From NCBI GenBank assembly GCA_951406725.2, contig OX597816.1, positions 2,790,001 to 2,854,000 on the forward strand: a stretch of DNA of 64,000 nucleotides, read 5' to 3'. The stretch comes from Octopus vulgaris. Taxonomy: Eukaryota. Each line of letters begins with the position of its first letter. The first letter of the stretch is position 1. Below the pieces are notes generated by a model, which saw only the letters and a list, made by a program, of their open reading frames with translations, was not told the DNA's origin and did no database searches. Position numbers and translations under genes: made by a program. Shown piece after piece: positions 12,304-25,172 of the stretch.

Positions 12304-13209
12304 ATGGCTTTTGCATATCCAAGTGTAAGAGAAATTAGTCACCGCGATATTACCATGGCCACGGCTACAACAGCAGATAGCATTAATTGGCTTAAGAGAC
12401 ATGGCCTTTTGAATACCCAGAAAATATGTATATCGTGTGGAGGTAGCATGAGTGAAATAGCGAAAAAAAGTATATCGGATGAAGTAATATGGTCGTGTGG
12501 AAGGCCTTGTAGAAAATCCGTGTCAATTAGAAAAGGAACATTTTTAGAAAATAGCAAATTGAAGTGTCAACAAATCATAGATATATTATATTACTGGGCC
12601 AAAGAAGATTTAGCAAAAGGAATAGGACAGGAATGTCATTTAGCAAATGTAGCCGTGACAGATTGGAGGAATTTTTGCCGCGATATATGTGCAGAATATT
12701 ATGTTGCACAGAATATTAAGCTGGGAGGACCGAACCGAATCGTAGAGATAGACGAAAGCGCGTTTGTTAGAAGAAAATATAATGTTGGCCATCGGGTTAA
12801 AACGCAGTGGGTGTTTGGTGCTTTAGAAAGAGATACCAGAAGATGTATTTTAGTGGCAGTGGAAGATCGGACAGCGGACACTCTTTTACAAATTATACGA
12901 GAGCGTATATTGCCTGGTACAACCATAATTTCCGACCTTTGGCGTTCGTATAATACGCTCAATCAGCTAGGATACAGACATTTGACCGTGAATCATTCAA
13001 TAAATTTTGTTGATCCGGTAACATTTGCCACAACCAACCACATAGAATGTTTATGGAAACACGTAAAGAATCGAAATAGAAGAGAATGTGGAACAGCCAG
13101 AAATTTACTTCAGACCCATCTCATCGAATTCATGTGGCGCTATGAATTTAAGGACGATATATTCGGAAAGTTGATAGAGCAAATTCGACAGCTATATCCA
13201 TGTGTTTGA
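12304..13209 (+). CDS. Merlin/IS1595-family DDE transposase, 301 aa
   Basis: N-terminal zinc ribbon CISC...WSCGRPC; catalytic motifs VEIDES, IISDLWRSY, HLTVNHS and TNHIECLW; C-terminal YL/HLIEFMWR-type motif. No stops or frameshifts. Confidence 0.93.
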   Translation: MAFAYPSVREISHRDITMATATTADSINWLKRHGLLNTQKICISCGGSMSEIAKKSISDEVIWSCGRPCRKSVSIRKGTFLENSKLKCQQIIDILYYWAKEDLAKGIGQECHLANVAVTDWRNFCRDICAEYYVAQNIKLGGPNRIVEIDESAFVRRKYNVGHRVKTQWVFGALERDTRRCILVAVEDRTADTLLQIIRERILPGTTIISDLWRSYNTLNQLGYRHLTVNHSINFVDPVTFATTNHIECLWKHVKNRNRRECGTARNLLQTHLIEFMWRYEFKDDIFGKLIEQIRQLYPCV

Positions 13210-13461
13210 GATATAGAGAGTATAAGTATCAAGACAGAATGAGTATCGCATTTATTTTTAAACTTAACTTCAAGTTTATATTTTGATAATCTCTCCGTTG
13301 AAAATAATATTTTTACATTCTAAATAATTTGCGTTTACATTCTAAATAATTTGCGTTTATTAATTTGATATATTTACACGCGTTTTTGATTTTGCGTTTT
13401 TTAATTTGATAAATTATACGGAAAGAAACGAAGATGGACGAGAAAAAGTGTGACGTCAAAA

Positions 13462-13514
13462 TGACGTCAGATTTTTCTTCTTTCACTTCTGACATCCAAA
13501 GGCATGACAGTGCC
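13462..13514 (-). repeat. Merlin right TIR
   Basis: Reverse complement ggcactgtcatgcctttggatgtcagaagtgaaagaagaaaaatctgacgtca. Confidence 0.95.
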
Positions 13515-14329
13515 CATTTGTCGCCTTATATGATGATAATAATAGTAATGATCATCATCATCATCATCATCATCATCGTCTTATACCCACTCTGTTACCT
13601 TATATGTGCCACATTCACTCGCGTACAAAGTAGTTTCGAATATAATGGCAAACTCCACCTAAAAAATAGTTGTATGTTTTAGGAGGTCATTCTAATATCA
13701 CCGCACATTTTCAAACATAAAGAATATAATCTAAAATATTGAGACACAAACACTAAACCCGACACGACACCTGCGTTTGCTCAGAATCTTTTACTTCAAA
13801 GTTATCGGCCATTTTTCTTTCTCCATTGACTTATAGCTTATTCAGCCACACCTAATTTCCTCGAGATTACACAGATGGTATTTTCAGTAAATACTGTGAC
13901 ATTAAATGTAAATTTTGCACCGAGCAATACGTCTATTTTTAAAACACTCGCTTTTATTATGAAAATGTAAACCGAATAATTTTTTTCTTCAACTCGTACA
14001 CTTCACTAATGGAACCGCTGTTTTAAAGTATAATCTGTAGAATTAAATAGTCGCTTTTAACTAGTAGAATATATAATCACACAGCAACGAGCGAACAGAT
14101 TTAACAATCTGCCATAGAATGTATTCGCTTCACACAAGTGCTAATGAAATATATACAATAGTTGTTAGATGTCTCGGGGCTACCGGTTTCCATATCTTCA
14201 TTTTCATTGGATGTTGAATTTATATTATGTAATGCTGCCTTTCAATGTGGGTCCTGTTATTTGTATTCGATTTCTCGAATTATACACCAGTAAATATAGT
14301 ACAGGCACAAAAACATACACGGTGGTGGA

Positions 14330-14507
14330 ACACACACACACACAAATACAAACAATGAGCTTCTTTCAGTTTCCGTCTATCAAATTCACTTACAAGGTTT
14401 TGGTCGGCTCGAGGCTATAATAGAAGACATTTGCCCAAAGTACAATGCAGTGGGGCTGAATGCAAAACCATATGGTTGGGAAGCAAACATCTTACCCCAC
14501 AACCACA
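14330..14507 (-). mobile_element. SINE 5' part (ggctgtgtggtaag family)
   Basis: Contains ttctttcagtttccgtctatcaaattcact and cgaggctataatagaagac. Confidence 0.65.
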
Positions 14508-14820
14508 GAAAGCATTTGTATAATCTGTATTTTATAATTCAATTTAAAAAATCGTGTATTTAAATTTATTGAAAGAAATTGCTCACGTTGTCCCAATACA
14601 TTCAGTAATCGTGAGTTGTTAATAATTTTCTGAGGGAGAGATACATTGGCACATGCTTATAATCACAAAAGCGTGTTGAATAAGGACATATTTAGACACA
14701 AGCTTCCGGTGAATCGAATCTTTGTTGAAACATTTCCAAATGCTGGAAGAACGAACGACACGTTGCTTTGTATCGTTAAATGTTTGCAGCCAAGCAAAAT
14801 GTTTGCTTTTGTTTACATAT

Positions 14821-15640
14821 AAAAATCCGGAAGGCAGTACAACAGAGCCATGAAAATCCGGAAGGTAGTACAACAGAGCCATCGAGGTCAATGGACGACG
14901 TAGGATGGTGCACTCTAGAAGCGTCTCTGCTGGAACGACTCGTGGAAAATGGCACCTCTTAGAATAAGTTTTAACCTCAGAACTGTCTATGGTCTATCTC
15001 CTGCCTTCAAATACAAACCTAATAATTCTAATAATCCAGAGCCTTCACTCTGCTGGGGTAGGCAGACAATGGAACACGTTCCGAATTCATGCAGAGTAGT
15101 ACAAGCCCCAGGAAGGTGCACTTGGAGGCACAATCAAGTACTTAAGGAGATGGTACGTATGATTTGTACGGTACGAGTAAAACCAGAATCTCTAACATTC
15201 TACACAGCAACGGAAAGCAGTATATCATGGTTAGGAACAGCTGTGCCATACAGGGCACAGGAATGGATGACTGGCAATGCTCAGCAGACCAGGATCAACA
15301 AAAACAACCATGAACCACCAGAAAGAGTGGCTTGAGACCGGATTTCAGACTCCATTCCAGGTCATCAAAGCAGCTGATTTTGATTGAACTCACCGTTCCG
15401 TTCGGAAATGGAAAAGAAGAAGCACACGTGTTCAAGAAGGGAGGGGGAAACGCCATTTTGGCCTGAGAGAAAGAAATTTTTGGGTCAAACTTCGTGCCAT
15501 AAAGGTTGGAGACATGTTTTGTGCTTACGATCTAATGAAACAATCCCCGTCTCTGGGAAGGCAATATCAGAAACAGCGGAGAGATGTTCCAGCTAGATCT
15601 GGTCGAGGAGGAACAAGAACGACCTCGATACCGAACGAAG
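14821..15640 (+). pseudogene. decayed 3' part of a Hero/NeSL-like RLE LINE
   Basis: Frame-broken translation RGQWTT*...W..MAPLRISF; CCHC-like SLC...EHV.NSC...GRCTWRHNQVL; RLE motif SGLRPD...LILIELTVPF (PD at 15338-15343); terminal AERCSS*IWSRR. Confidence 0.8.
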
Positions 15641-15658
15641 GTAATGTTTTTGTATTTT

Positions 15659-15875
15659 AAGGCGGCGAGCTGGCAGAAACGTTAGTAGGCCAGGCGAAAT
15701 GCTTAGTGGTATTTCGCCTGTCTTTACGTTCTGAGTTCAAATTCCGCCGAGGTCGACTTTGCTTTTCATTCTTCCGGGGTCGAGAAATTAAGTATCAGTT
15801 TTGCTTACTGAGGTCGATCTAATCGACTGGGCCCCTTCCCCAAAATTTCGGGCCTTGTGCCTGGAGTAGAAAATA
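15659..15875 (+). mobile_element. Nin-domain SINE
   Basis: aaggcggcgagctggcagaaacg...gagttcaaattccgccgaggtcgactttg. Confidence 0.8.
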
Positions 15876-16030
15876 AAATTTTGTATTTTAGCATTATGGG
15901 AATCATTTTGATAGCGTTGACGTTTCACCTCTACCATGACAACCCACGTTATTTTCTTCTTTAAATATTAGTTCGAAAGCTGTGTCTACGGAGAGGAGTT
16001 CTATCTAGACGAAATCTCCAAGTGGTTTAA

Positions 16031-16247
16031 CCCATTCAGTCCCAGAGTTCTGAATATTATTTTTAAATTTTTACAGATGATCGAAAATAGATTAAAATGA
16101 AAAAAAATATATATGTTTAAACTCTTTTTCTTCAAGTAGAAATGGAAATACTCGGTGTCCTATAAATAGGACACGGCGACAATGTGATATAGCTTATTTA
16201 ATGTTTTCATTTACTGTCCTATTTATAGGACAGTGGGACTTAATAGG
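16031..16247. mobile_element. piggyBac-type MITE
   Basis: TTAA on both sides (16027-16030 and 16248-16251); TIRs cccattcagtccca and cctattaagtccca; internal palindromes at 16155-16174 and 16213-16234. Confidence 0.75.
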
Positions 16248-17029
16248 TTAAATGCACAAATCTCTGATATCTAAGCAGCTAAAGGTATCAGCAGAATAGC
16301 ACCGAAGAGCCATGACTTGGAAGCAGTTCGGTCCCCTTAGAGTGTAAATAGTTTACGGTCGAAGCAGTTGCCTACGGGGGTTTCTTCTCTGAACACTTCC
16401 GGCTGTTCAACTCTCGTGAGAGTTTCTTATCACTTGTGTTTTTATTCAACGGTTGTTTATTTCGTAGTTAAATATAAGATCTTTTTTTTCTCCTGTTGCT
16501 TTACTCTTGAGCGTCGTATGTATGAAACTCAGAGTTGCAATTTGGGAAATCGTAGCTTGAAATACTTTAATTGCATTGAGTACTTCTAAATCTATTAACA
16601 CTTTGTTATTCTTGAGTTGTTGAACGTTTTTCAAATACAATGTAAACAAACTGAATCATGAATCAACATCCACTGTATTTTTCGATAAAGAACATAACCA
16701 TTCTCTCCAAGAAATACTATTTAAAAACGATAAGCCCGAAGACAAGAATTCGTAAAAATAATGAGTGGAAATGCATCTTTATAATTCGTTCTATCGGCAG
16801 CATTTTTTCAAGTTTTCTAGACTGATGTAGTTTCACCTGCAGATAACGAAAATCACATTTATTTTCTGTAGAAATTAATAAGAAAAAATTTTACAGGCCT
16901 TTAAAATTTTGAAATTCTGGCCAATCGGAAGCCCCCATTACCAACACAGTGGAAGTCACGAGTGTCTGTTTCAATGAGGAACCTACTTTTTTCATAGCGA
17001 GATCATCCATTTGCTATTTCACAAGTTCG

Positions 17030-18030
17030 AGTTTATTATCCCCATCAAATTAGTTATAGGAACTTTCGAATCAGAGATTTCTAACTTAATTAGAAGAGTG
17101 AGCTTCAAAAATACTGTTATCAGTTTTCAACAGATTTTATACAATAATTTAAAAACTTTTTCACCTTCCAACACCATTTTTGTCCTATCGCATAAAAATG
17201 GTTTAATTTAACATAAATATTGATCGCAGATTTTTGTCTACCAGTAATAGTAATACTAATATTAATACCAATACATATAAAATACTAATAACACTCAGTC
17301 TAATTTCATTAATTTCGAGGCTAAGGAAATCGCTGTCGAATTATAAATATAAAATAGAATTGAATGCTTAGATCTACGTAGATTTTACATTCCATTTAAA
17401 ACAGAATTTTATTAGTAATATAAAATTAATAGTTCGGTATAGTTAGTAAAAGATTTCAGACACGATCATCTGCAAGCATCCTTTTTTAACTTTTACAAGG
17501 TTTCTATTCATAATTGGTCTAATAGCATTAACGATGAACATCATAAATTGAATCGTTTCGATATAATCGAATTTTACCCTCCAATAGCTCAATATTTGCA
17601 TAAAAACGCATTACTTTTCGTAAGAAATTATGTCAATCCGTGATTCTGATATTAAAATAATCATTCATACAAGAAGATAATTAATTCGTTTCGGTAATGG
17701 CCTATGGGTAAAAAAGAAAATGGCTCTAATTATTTTGATGCACCAATGGGTCGTATAGAGTTCACAAAAATATACGGGCTTGTAGTTTTTACATTTATTA
17801 TAAAACAGATCTATTTTATAGTGGTGGGTTATACAGAGACGATAGACTTATTTATTATCCGCTGTACAAATTCTCGATATTTAAATGATTAATAAAAAAT
17901 GTCTCTTAGACTTATTTAACGAAATAGGCCTAAAGATTACTCTTGATACTTACTTGCTACCTGGTTTTTTTTTTAATGTTATACCTTAAATTTAGAAACT
18001 AATAATTATCTATTTAGGAAACCAAAAATA
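17030..18030 (+). pseudogene. decayed Penelope-like reverse transcriptase
   Basis: Frame-broken motifs FESEISNLIRRVSFKN..FQ, CRIIN, FDIIEFYP (17557-17580), FDAPMG, GGLYRDD (YRDD at 17832-17843) and LNLETN...FRKP. Confidence 0.75.
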
Positions 18031-19379
18031 CGTTACAGAAGTGCGGTATAACTTTTAATTACCTATCTGCTTTAAATTAATAATTAGGTACAGCTATAAA
18101 TAATCTTTTGTTATGCGAAACTGTGGGTTGAGCCTGATATTGTTGTAGTTTGAGAGGGTCATGCTGCTAATAAACGCACGTACGCTGGTTAGGTTTCACT
18201 TTAGTTTTAATGCCAGTCAATTAGATAATCAATCAATTGCTCACTCAACTGCTTAATCGAATTAGTTTATCAAAGTCGCTTCGTTACAGTCTATGACGTC
18301 ATTAATGACTACGTGCACCTCAACCACTTCTGTCTCCTTAGTATTTATTCCACTTTTACTTTTCATTTCACAGGTCTTATGGTAAAATCCTTCTCAAGGG
18401 TTCTCATCTAGAGCTAGACTCCTATACACCCACTTCTCCATCTATTTATTTGTCTGTGTGTATAACTTGGCAGCTTTATATCTGTGCTTGTGCATGCATG
18501 CATACATACATACATACATACATACAAGTATATATGTACTTACATGTGTTTGTGTGTGTGTGTGAGTGAGTGAGTGAGTGAGTGAGTGAGTGTACGTGTG
18601 TGTACAAGTGTGTGTTTATTTACATTAAAATGTGAATGAGTATATAGTATAATCCTGCAAAGGTACGAATCACGCTGGATTATCGCCATTCCACCCAAAC
18701 CGTGGATGGCGGCAGAAAGAAAGAGCGAATCGCTTCGCAAGAGACTCGGCTGGTATCTTTCTCTTCTTCTTATCCCATCCCAATAGTTTATTATTGTGAT
18801 GTGAGGGTAATAGTACACCGCTTGCCACCGAGACGGTTTTATGGCGAGGATAGCAGCGCTGCAGAGGACTGAATGAATGCGTCGGCAGTTTTAAAAATAA
18901 CAGCCATGATAACACAGTTAGGAAACCTGCCATATCTCTTAATGAATCAATGGCAAGCATCAATCAGCTATTCCAATGAGTTACTGAAAGAATTGCAGAC
19001 GATGAGCGAATATGTATGCTCTGTGTGTGTAAGTATACGTTTCAGTCAGCCCCTGCACGCTCGCTCGCTCGTCTGTGTGTGGTGGAGGGGGAAGGCGGGC
19101 GGGTAAGTAGGTAGGTATGAATGAAGGCAGAGACTTTTATCTCCGCACAAAAATTAATGCACCACATTTAATATCAACCCAAACGCTAAAACGACTCGCT
19201 TTTGCCGTCTCCATATCTTTCCCATTTATTACGTAAACTTCGCTTTCATCTTTTCCCCCATTTTCATTCTCCTTTTCCTTTTTCCTTCTTTATCTTTATC
19301 TTCCTTTCCACTGCTTTCTTCTGCCAAACTCGTCTTACTTTTACACCCTCCCCCTCTCTCTCTCTTGCTTACATTTTTT

Positions 19380-19473
19380 TAGTCTTATTTTTGTGTTTCT
19401 CTCTCTCACACTATACGTTTCCTCTCTCTCCCTCTCCCTTTCTTTCTCTCTTTCTCTTTCTTTCTTTCTTTCT

Positions 19474-19535
<62 letters not shown>

Positions 19536-19625
19536 TCGTTCTCTCTTTCTCTCTCTCTCTCCCTCTCTCTTTCTTTCTCTCTCTCTCCCTCTCTTTCTCT
19601 CTCTCTTTATTTCTCTCTCTTTCTT

Positions 19626-19674
<49 letters not shown>

Positions 19675-19710
19675 CTCTCTTTCTTTCTTTCTCTCTTTCT
19701 TTCTCTCTCT
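19380..19710. repeat. (CT)n/(TTTC)n polypyrimidine tract
   Basis: Directly visible. Confidence 0.9.
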
Positions 19711-19938
19711 TGTATGTCCATTTATTAAATTAATGACTTTTACTGTAGTAGTTTATTTGTCATGGGCAAAATGGCGACACGAGATGTCAGCCATGTCCCC
19801 TCGTCAACGAAAGAGAGACTGAAAACGAAGAACGTCAACCACGGGGGAAAAACCCCCCAGATAGATACCCTTGATAGGTAGATACTCGTGTTAAAAGAAG
19901 ACATTTCCTGGGTAATAACAGCAACAACAACACTCACG

Positions 19939-19993
<55 letters not shown>

Positions 19994-22059
19994 TTACAGC
20001 GACAGGTGAACAAAATATTTTTGAGAATGGCACGTTTTAATTGCGTGTCCAGCAGCGAAACAGAAAAGTTCGACATAACCAAAAAACGAAGGAAGGAATT
20101 ACCCTGGGTAGTATATCCGGTCCCCACCCTCATCCTACATTGGCAAAGAGCAGGCTTATGCATTCATGAATTACTGGAAAACGGCGAAGGTTTTCAGTCG
20201 CCGTCAAAACAGCAGCTGGAGCACCCTCTACCCGACGTATGGGGAGAGGTACTCGCCATCTAACGTAGCAAAACATGAGACTGTTTAGAAACGATTACTG
20301 ATGGGTGTCAAGCGGAAATTGTTACGTACACGCCCCCCACCCGCATCCATATGTTTGTCTAATATTTTAGGCCAGGGAAGTACAAGTATGGTTTAAGAGG
20401 AACATGAATGGCACCAATCCCACCAGTCTTAGAAAGTCTGTGAAAGCCATTGGCACCTACCCGTCCTCCAGATCCAGCAAGAAAAAAAAAAACGTGCTTA
20501 GATATACATATGTAATTGCCGGTATGCATGTATGTGCCTGCGTGCGTGTGGGTGTATATTTTGAAATTCAGTCTCATTTCTGAACCTTCAATTCGTATTT
20601 TTTTTATCTACATTTGCTCCTCCGTTCATGAACGCTTGGCATGATTCCTTAGAAAAACTTCCAGCTCCAGTTCTGAGAGAGAGAGAGAGCACTTCACTAC
20701 ACTATACTCTCAATGATACTAAATAATAAATCTGTAAATAATATTTTCTTTCTTTTTGTTTATATATTTATTGTATATTTAATTCATAAAATATCTTTAC
20801 TCACACCGCTGCTGTTCTTTAACTAAAGCCGTTTTCTTAAGTTTTCAACAATAATTGTTTAGAAGAAGCATGCGATAAATATTACAAAACTTTGCATGAT
20901 TCTCCGTTTGCAGATAGAATTTGCAGAACCCGTCTTAAGTGGTTGTTTGTTCTTGTGTCTGAGAACTGCCACGTTCCTTTGTTAGTGCCAAAAACATTTG
21001 GTAAACTAACCAGATGTGCAATAACTATAAATATCTTCAAATTTTGAAGCAACAGACTATAATTGTTTTATTTTTACCATTTGTTTCCGATGAGATGTTT
21101 ACATTTGCCGGGCAGAAAACTTCCTCAACTGTACAGGTTTTTTTTATGATTTCTGGGCTAAATTGCTTTGTTCTGGTCAATTTTCTGTGACATATGATGG
21201 ACGTCTTGTTTGGAACGTTACTTGTAAAAAGCTGTTTCGCTGTTTTATACACGCATTACGTGAAATGAAACATTCCGAGGTGACAAAAACAACAACCACC
21301 GCTCTCATGTTTTGCTACATTGGAACGATGCCACACTTATGAAGGCGAGAATAATCGAAAACCAGTATTTTATTAGCTTAGGAGGAACGATGAAAGTTAA
21401 TATGGCCGCCACGGTCGGAATGGAACTCCAACCGTGAACGAACCTAACTAGAATCAAAACATTATAGCCGACGTTTTACCAATTCCACCAAAGCCCCTTC
21501 TTGTTTCTCCTTTGACATTTTTGCCTTCTGGATTTTCCTCGACAGTTCCAATACTCTCCTCTACAACCTTATCGCTCTCTCTCATCCCTCAACTATCGAA
21601 TGATGCTACTGGTTACTACCGTTCAGGGCAGGGGTCTGTTCTCTGTTTTCTAGGACTAGGTACAAGACGATTTCCTCTACCATTCCAGGGTCTGCAACTG
21701 ATGATGTTCTCATAACTGGTGTTTGTTGATCTTGTCGCTTCCTCGGCAAGTCTCCGATGGTTCCCTCCCCCCTTTTCATTTCTGAGCTTTCCACTTCTTC
21801 AGACTAAAAAAAAGTGTTGGAGTTGTCCTTCCTCAGTCTTTTGCTGGGAATGATTGGTTTCGGGCTCGTTGTCTCGATGCTGTCGACTTGTAGCATTTGG
21901 GTCCGGCAAATTTGAACTCAAAACATGAAAGAACAGAACTAAGCACCACAAAGGCATTTGGCTCAAATTTCGATTGATTCAACCGTTCATGTTTGTCTGA
22001 TAAAATATAAATTAATTTATACATTAATATCGGTTTCAGATTTTGACACATGTCCTGTA

Positions 22060-22230
22060 ATTTCGTGGGGGTTACATCAATCCCAGTCGTCAACTCATTT
22101 TATCGGCCTCAAAAGGATGAAAGGCAAAGTCGACCTCAGCGGGATTTGAACTTAAAACGTAAAGACGGATGAAATGCTGTTTTAGCAGTTTGCTTGTTGT
22201 GCTAACGAATCTGCCAGCTCGTCGCCTTAT
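22060..22230 (-). mobile_element. Nin-domain SINE
   Basis: ggatgaaaggcaaagtcgacctc...ctgccagctcgtcgcctta. Confidence 0.75.
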
Positions 22231-22928
22231 TAATAGTTATAAATATTAATTAATATTAATATCAAGCTGTGGGCGATTTTATTGACTGTTCCAATGGATT
22301 AAAGCGTAACCACGTCTTTATACAGATAACCACCTCCAGGAAGTTAGGAACATCGCAGCTTCCTGTTTCCTTTTCCTTAAAATATAGAGATTTGTCGAAA
22401 GGAAGCTGGTCACCCCAATCAACACTGACCCCCAACACATTCATTTCTAGATGGAAAAGTAATAGAACTTGTGAGAAGAAAGTTTCCTGTTAAAAATTTT
22501 CCTCTAATCCATTTAACGCAGGAAAAAATGAAGGGTTAGGTACGGATTGTAACCTCTTCCCTCTCCCATTCCCAACAACACACGGTGGTTGGAGGATGGA
22601 TCAACTAATGAAATTAATTTTTAATGCTTTTATGATATTAATCAAATTTATTTTAGTTGGGGTTCATCGAGCAATTTTATATTCTTTATGATTTTTTTGA
22701 CAAGACTTCATTAACTGTGGTCTTCATCGTTGCGTGGGTGGCCCGGCCCATGGCGGAGGATGAGCAAAAGCAGCGACTTTGTTTTCGTTTCATTTATTCC
22801 GCTCGATGGCTTTCGGGAACTCATGAATGTCACTACTTCCAGTTATCCTTATCTTTGACGTCAACAGGAACTGATGAGAAAGGTAATTGACTATCCTGAT
22901 GATAAGTCTGAGAAATATATTTGTAAGA

Positions 22929-22973
<45 letters not shown>

Positions 22974-24734
22974 GCATTTTGTCGGACTGGCACCAAGAAG
23001 GGTATGGCTCATTATAGGCGTTTAAAGGTCATCGTGTATCTCATCTTAGAATCGATCCTTCTGTACTTCCGTACTCTATCTCATGCTACACCAATGGAAG
23101 GACTTAAAACTCGATACTCCAAGCTAATCATAATGAAAACTATGTTAATTCTATAGTGGTCTTTCTATTTTCTCTAACTCGAGCTGTTTGAAAGATTCGT
23201 CTTTTGTAGATGTGTGAGAAGCGTGCCAGGAACGGTCGGTTTATTCGATATAAAGTTCCTACCCTTAGAGACACTTTAGAATAAGATAATTATCTCCAAA
23301 CAGTTTCGACATCTCCACTCTGGATTAATAAAATGTTATCTTTCGAGAGTAGTTCATCGATTATTTTAAATTTGTAAATAAATATTTATTTTCATACTTT
23401 TTATCTCTGGCCTTCTGTATTTAACCTTTGGTGACATTTTAAGAATCTATGGAACGGTCTTATTTCTGTAATCTCTGCGACGTTTAGGTAGGTCTGTTCA
23501 TTCGAATTAAGCCTTAATTTAAGAAGAGAATTTATTTAAATTTCCATTTTCCATATAAAACCTCAAGTGGTAAAACTAAGCTGGCGGCTTAGCAGAAACA
23601 ATTTCAGTTTCCAGTTTAAACCAGTTCAACTCAGTTCATTTGTTTCCTTAGAAACGACATAAACATCACAGCGTCATATTTCTCATTTTCTCAAAATCTA
23701 TTAATTATATTCTTGATAAAAGAAACCATTATTCTTTCTTCATAATTCTCAAATTAATTTCTGACATTCTTCGATTTGTTGATTCTTGGTTGAAGTTTAT
23801 TCTCTTCATCAGAAATGCTTTGGGGAAAGAAAGAAATCGGTTCTGATTTCACTGTTGCACCTTCCTTTAAAATATTTGAATTTCTTCCTAAGGTTCGCTA
23901 CCTGAACAGCTCTTTTATAGAATCCAGTGGTAGTAGGTGTTAATGAGCTGAGCGGAGGAGATATTAAATTAACAGCTGATTAGTTAATGAGTCGAGAAGC
24001 AGTTGCTGTTGTTTCGTTAAGTTTTTGAGAATACTTTGTTCTGGCTTAACTGGGATTATCTGGGATTATCCAATTGCTGGGAATAAGTAGTAGGTTCTAA
24101 GTCATCCGGAAATAATTCCGTCGATAGATCGATTGGCGTTTTTAGATATGGCTTTGGAACAAAGCACTGGGTTCCAGGACAAGAAATACTGGAAAATCAC
24201 TGACTTGAAAGCAAAATGAAGAAACGAAGGACGAAGGACGGAACAAGGACAAACACAGAAGGAAAAAAAAACCCCGACGACGACGATGATGATGATGATA
24301 ACAATAGAGCACAACACAAATAAGACATTAGTCTTGCTTCAAGAAGAATCTTCACATCAGCCAAAATAGTTTACCTGTTGTGCTGACTTCTTAATTGACA
24401 TTTCACTTCTGGAGATTGTTTTCAACAAGCAACCATTTTAAGTGTTTTCTATCCTAAATTTGTCTTCTACTAAATGCTATGTAAATATTTTATGCAAGTT
24501 GGGTTGCATACACTTTAGCTCAGGTGCCTGTGGCTTATTTCCTGTTGGTGCTATCCTTGAAAAATGAAAGCGTATTCTTATTTGTCCTAATACCTTTATA
24601 TATATATAAAGTTAATAAAATATTGTATTAGCTAAAAAGGGAAAGCCGTAATATTTCGGACGTTAATCATTCGCCAGAAGGAAGAGAAAATCACGGTGGG
24701 GATGGGGGTGAGAAAGAGAGAAAGTTAGTTTATA

Positions 24735-24773
<39 letters not shown>

Positions 24774-24909
24774 CCAGGTAGAACCAGCGTGACACAGCGT
24801 GTGACAAAGCTGTATCTTTTCAGTTATAGGTAAATTCCACCTGACAGGCTTCGATACAGTTTTCGTCTACCCTGTGGGATCGAAGCTGGATCGCATGGCG
24901 AACGTCTTC

Positions 24910-25172
24910 TACTATAGCTCCAGGCATACCAATGCATCGTAAGTGAATTTGGTAGACATAAACTGTACAGTGACCCGGTGTGTGTGTGTTTGCTTGTCCA
25001 ACCCATCCCTTGTTGGTTTGTTTACGTTCTCGTAATTTACGGTTCGAGGAAAGAAAACCGATAGAACAAATACCAGACTTAAAATAAGTCCTGGGGTCGA
25101 TTTGTTTGATTAAACCCTTCAAGGTGGTGCTCCAGCATGGCCGTAGTCAAGTGACTGAAACAAGGAAAAGAT
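24910..25172 (+). mobile_element. SINE 3' part (gactgaaacaag tail family)
   Basis: aagtcctggggtcgatttg...ggtgctccagcatggccgtagtcaagtgactgaaac. Confidence 0.7.

Larger units (their letters stand above)
11913..13514 (+). mobile_element. complete Merlin (IS1016/IS1595-related) DNA transposon, 1602 bp
   Basis: 53-bp TIRs starting GGCAC (50/53 identical); perfect 8-bp TSD CATTTGTC at 11905-11912 and 13515-13522; single intact transposase ORF. Confidence 0.95.

Noticed and set aside
12304-13209. Bacterial IS1595 contamination
   Set aside because: The element is integrated with a TSD inside a host SINE, with eukaryotic flanks and Merlin-like long TIRs.
20006-20263. 85-aa non-repetitive ORF, and similar ones at 26386-26631, 46964-47375 and 48165-48512
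   Set aside because: No recognisable domain or consistent splice structure.
22862-22925. CTGATGA-GAAA with cagga/tcctg flanks
   Set aside because: No stem II and no proper stem III; likely chance.
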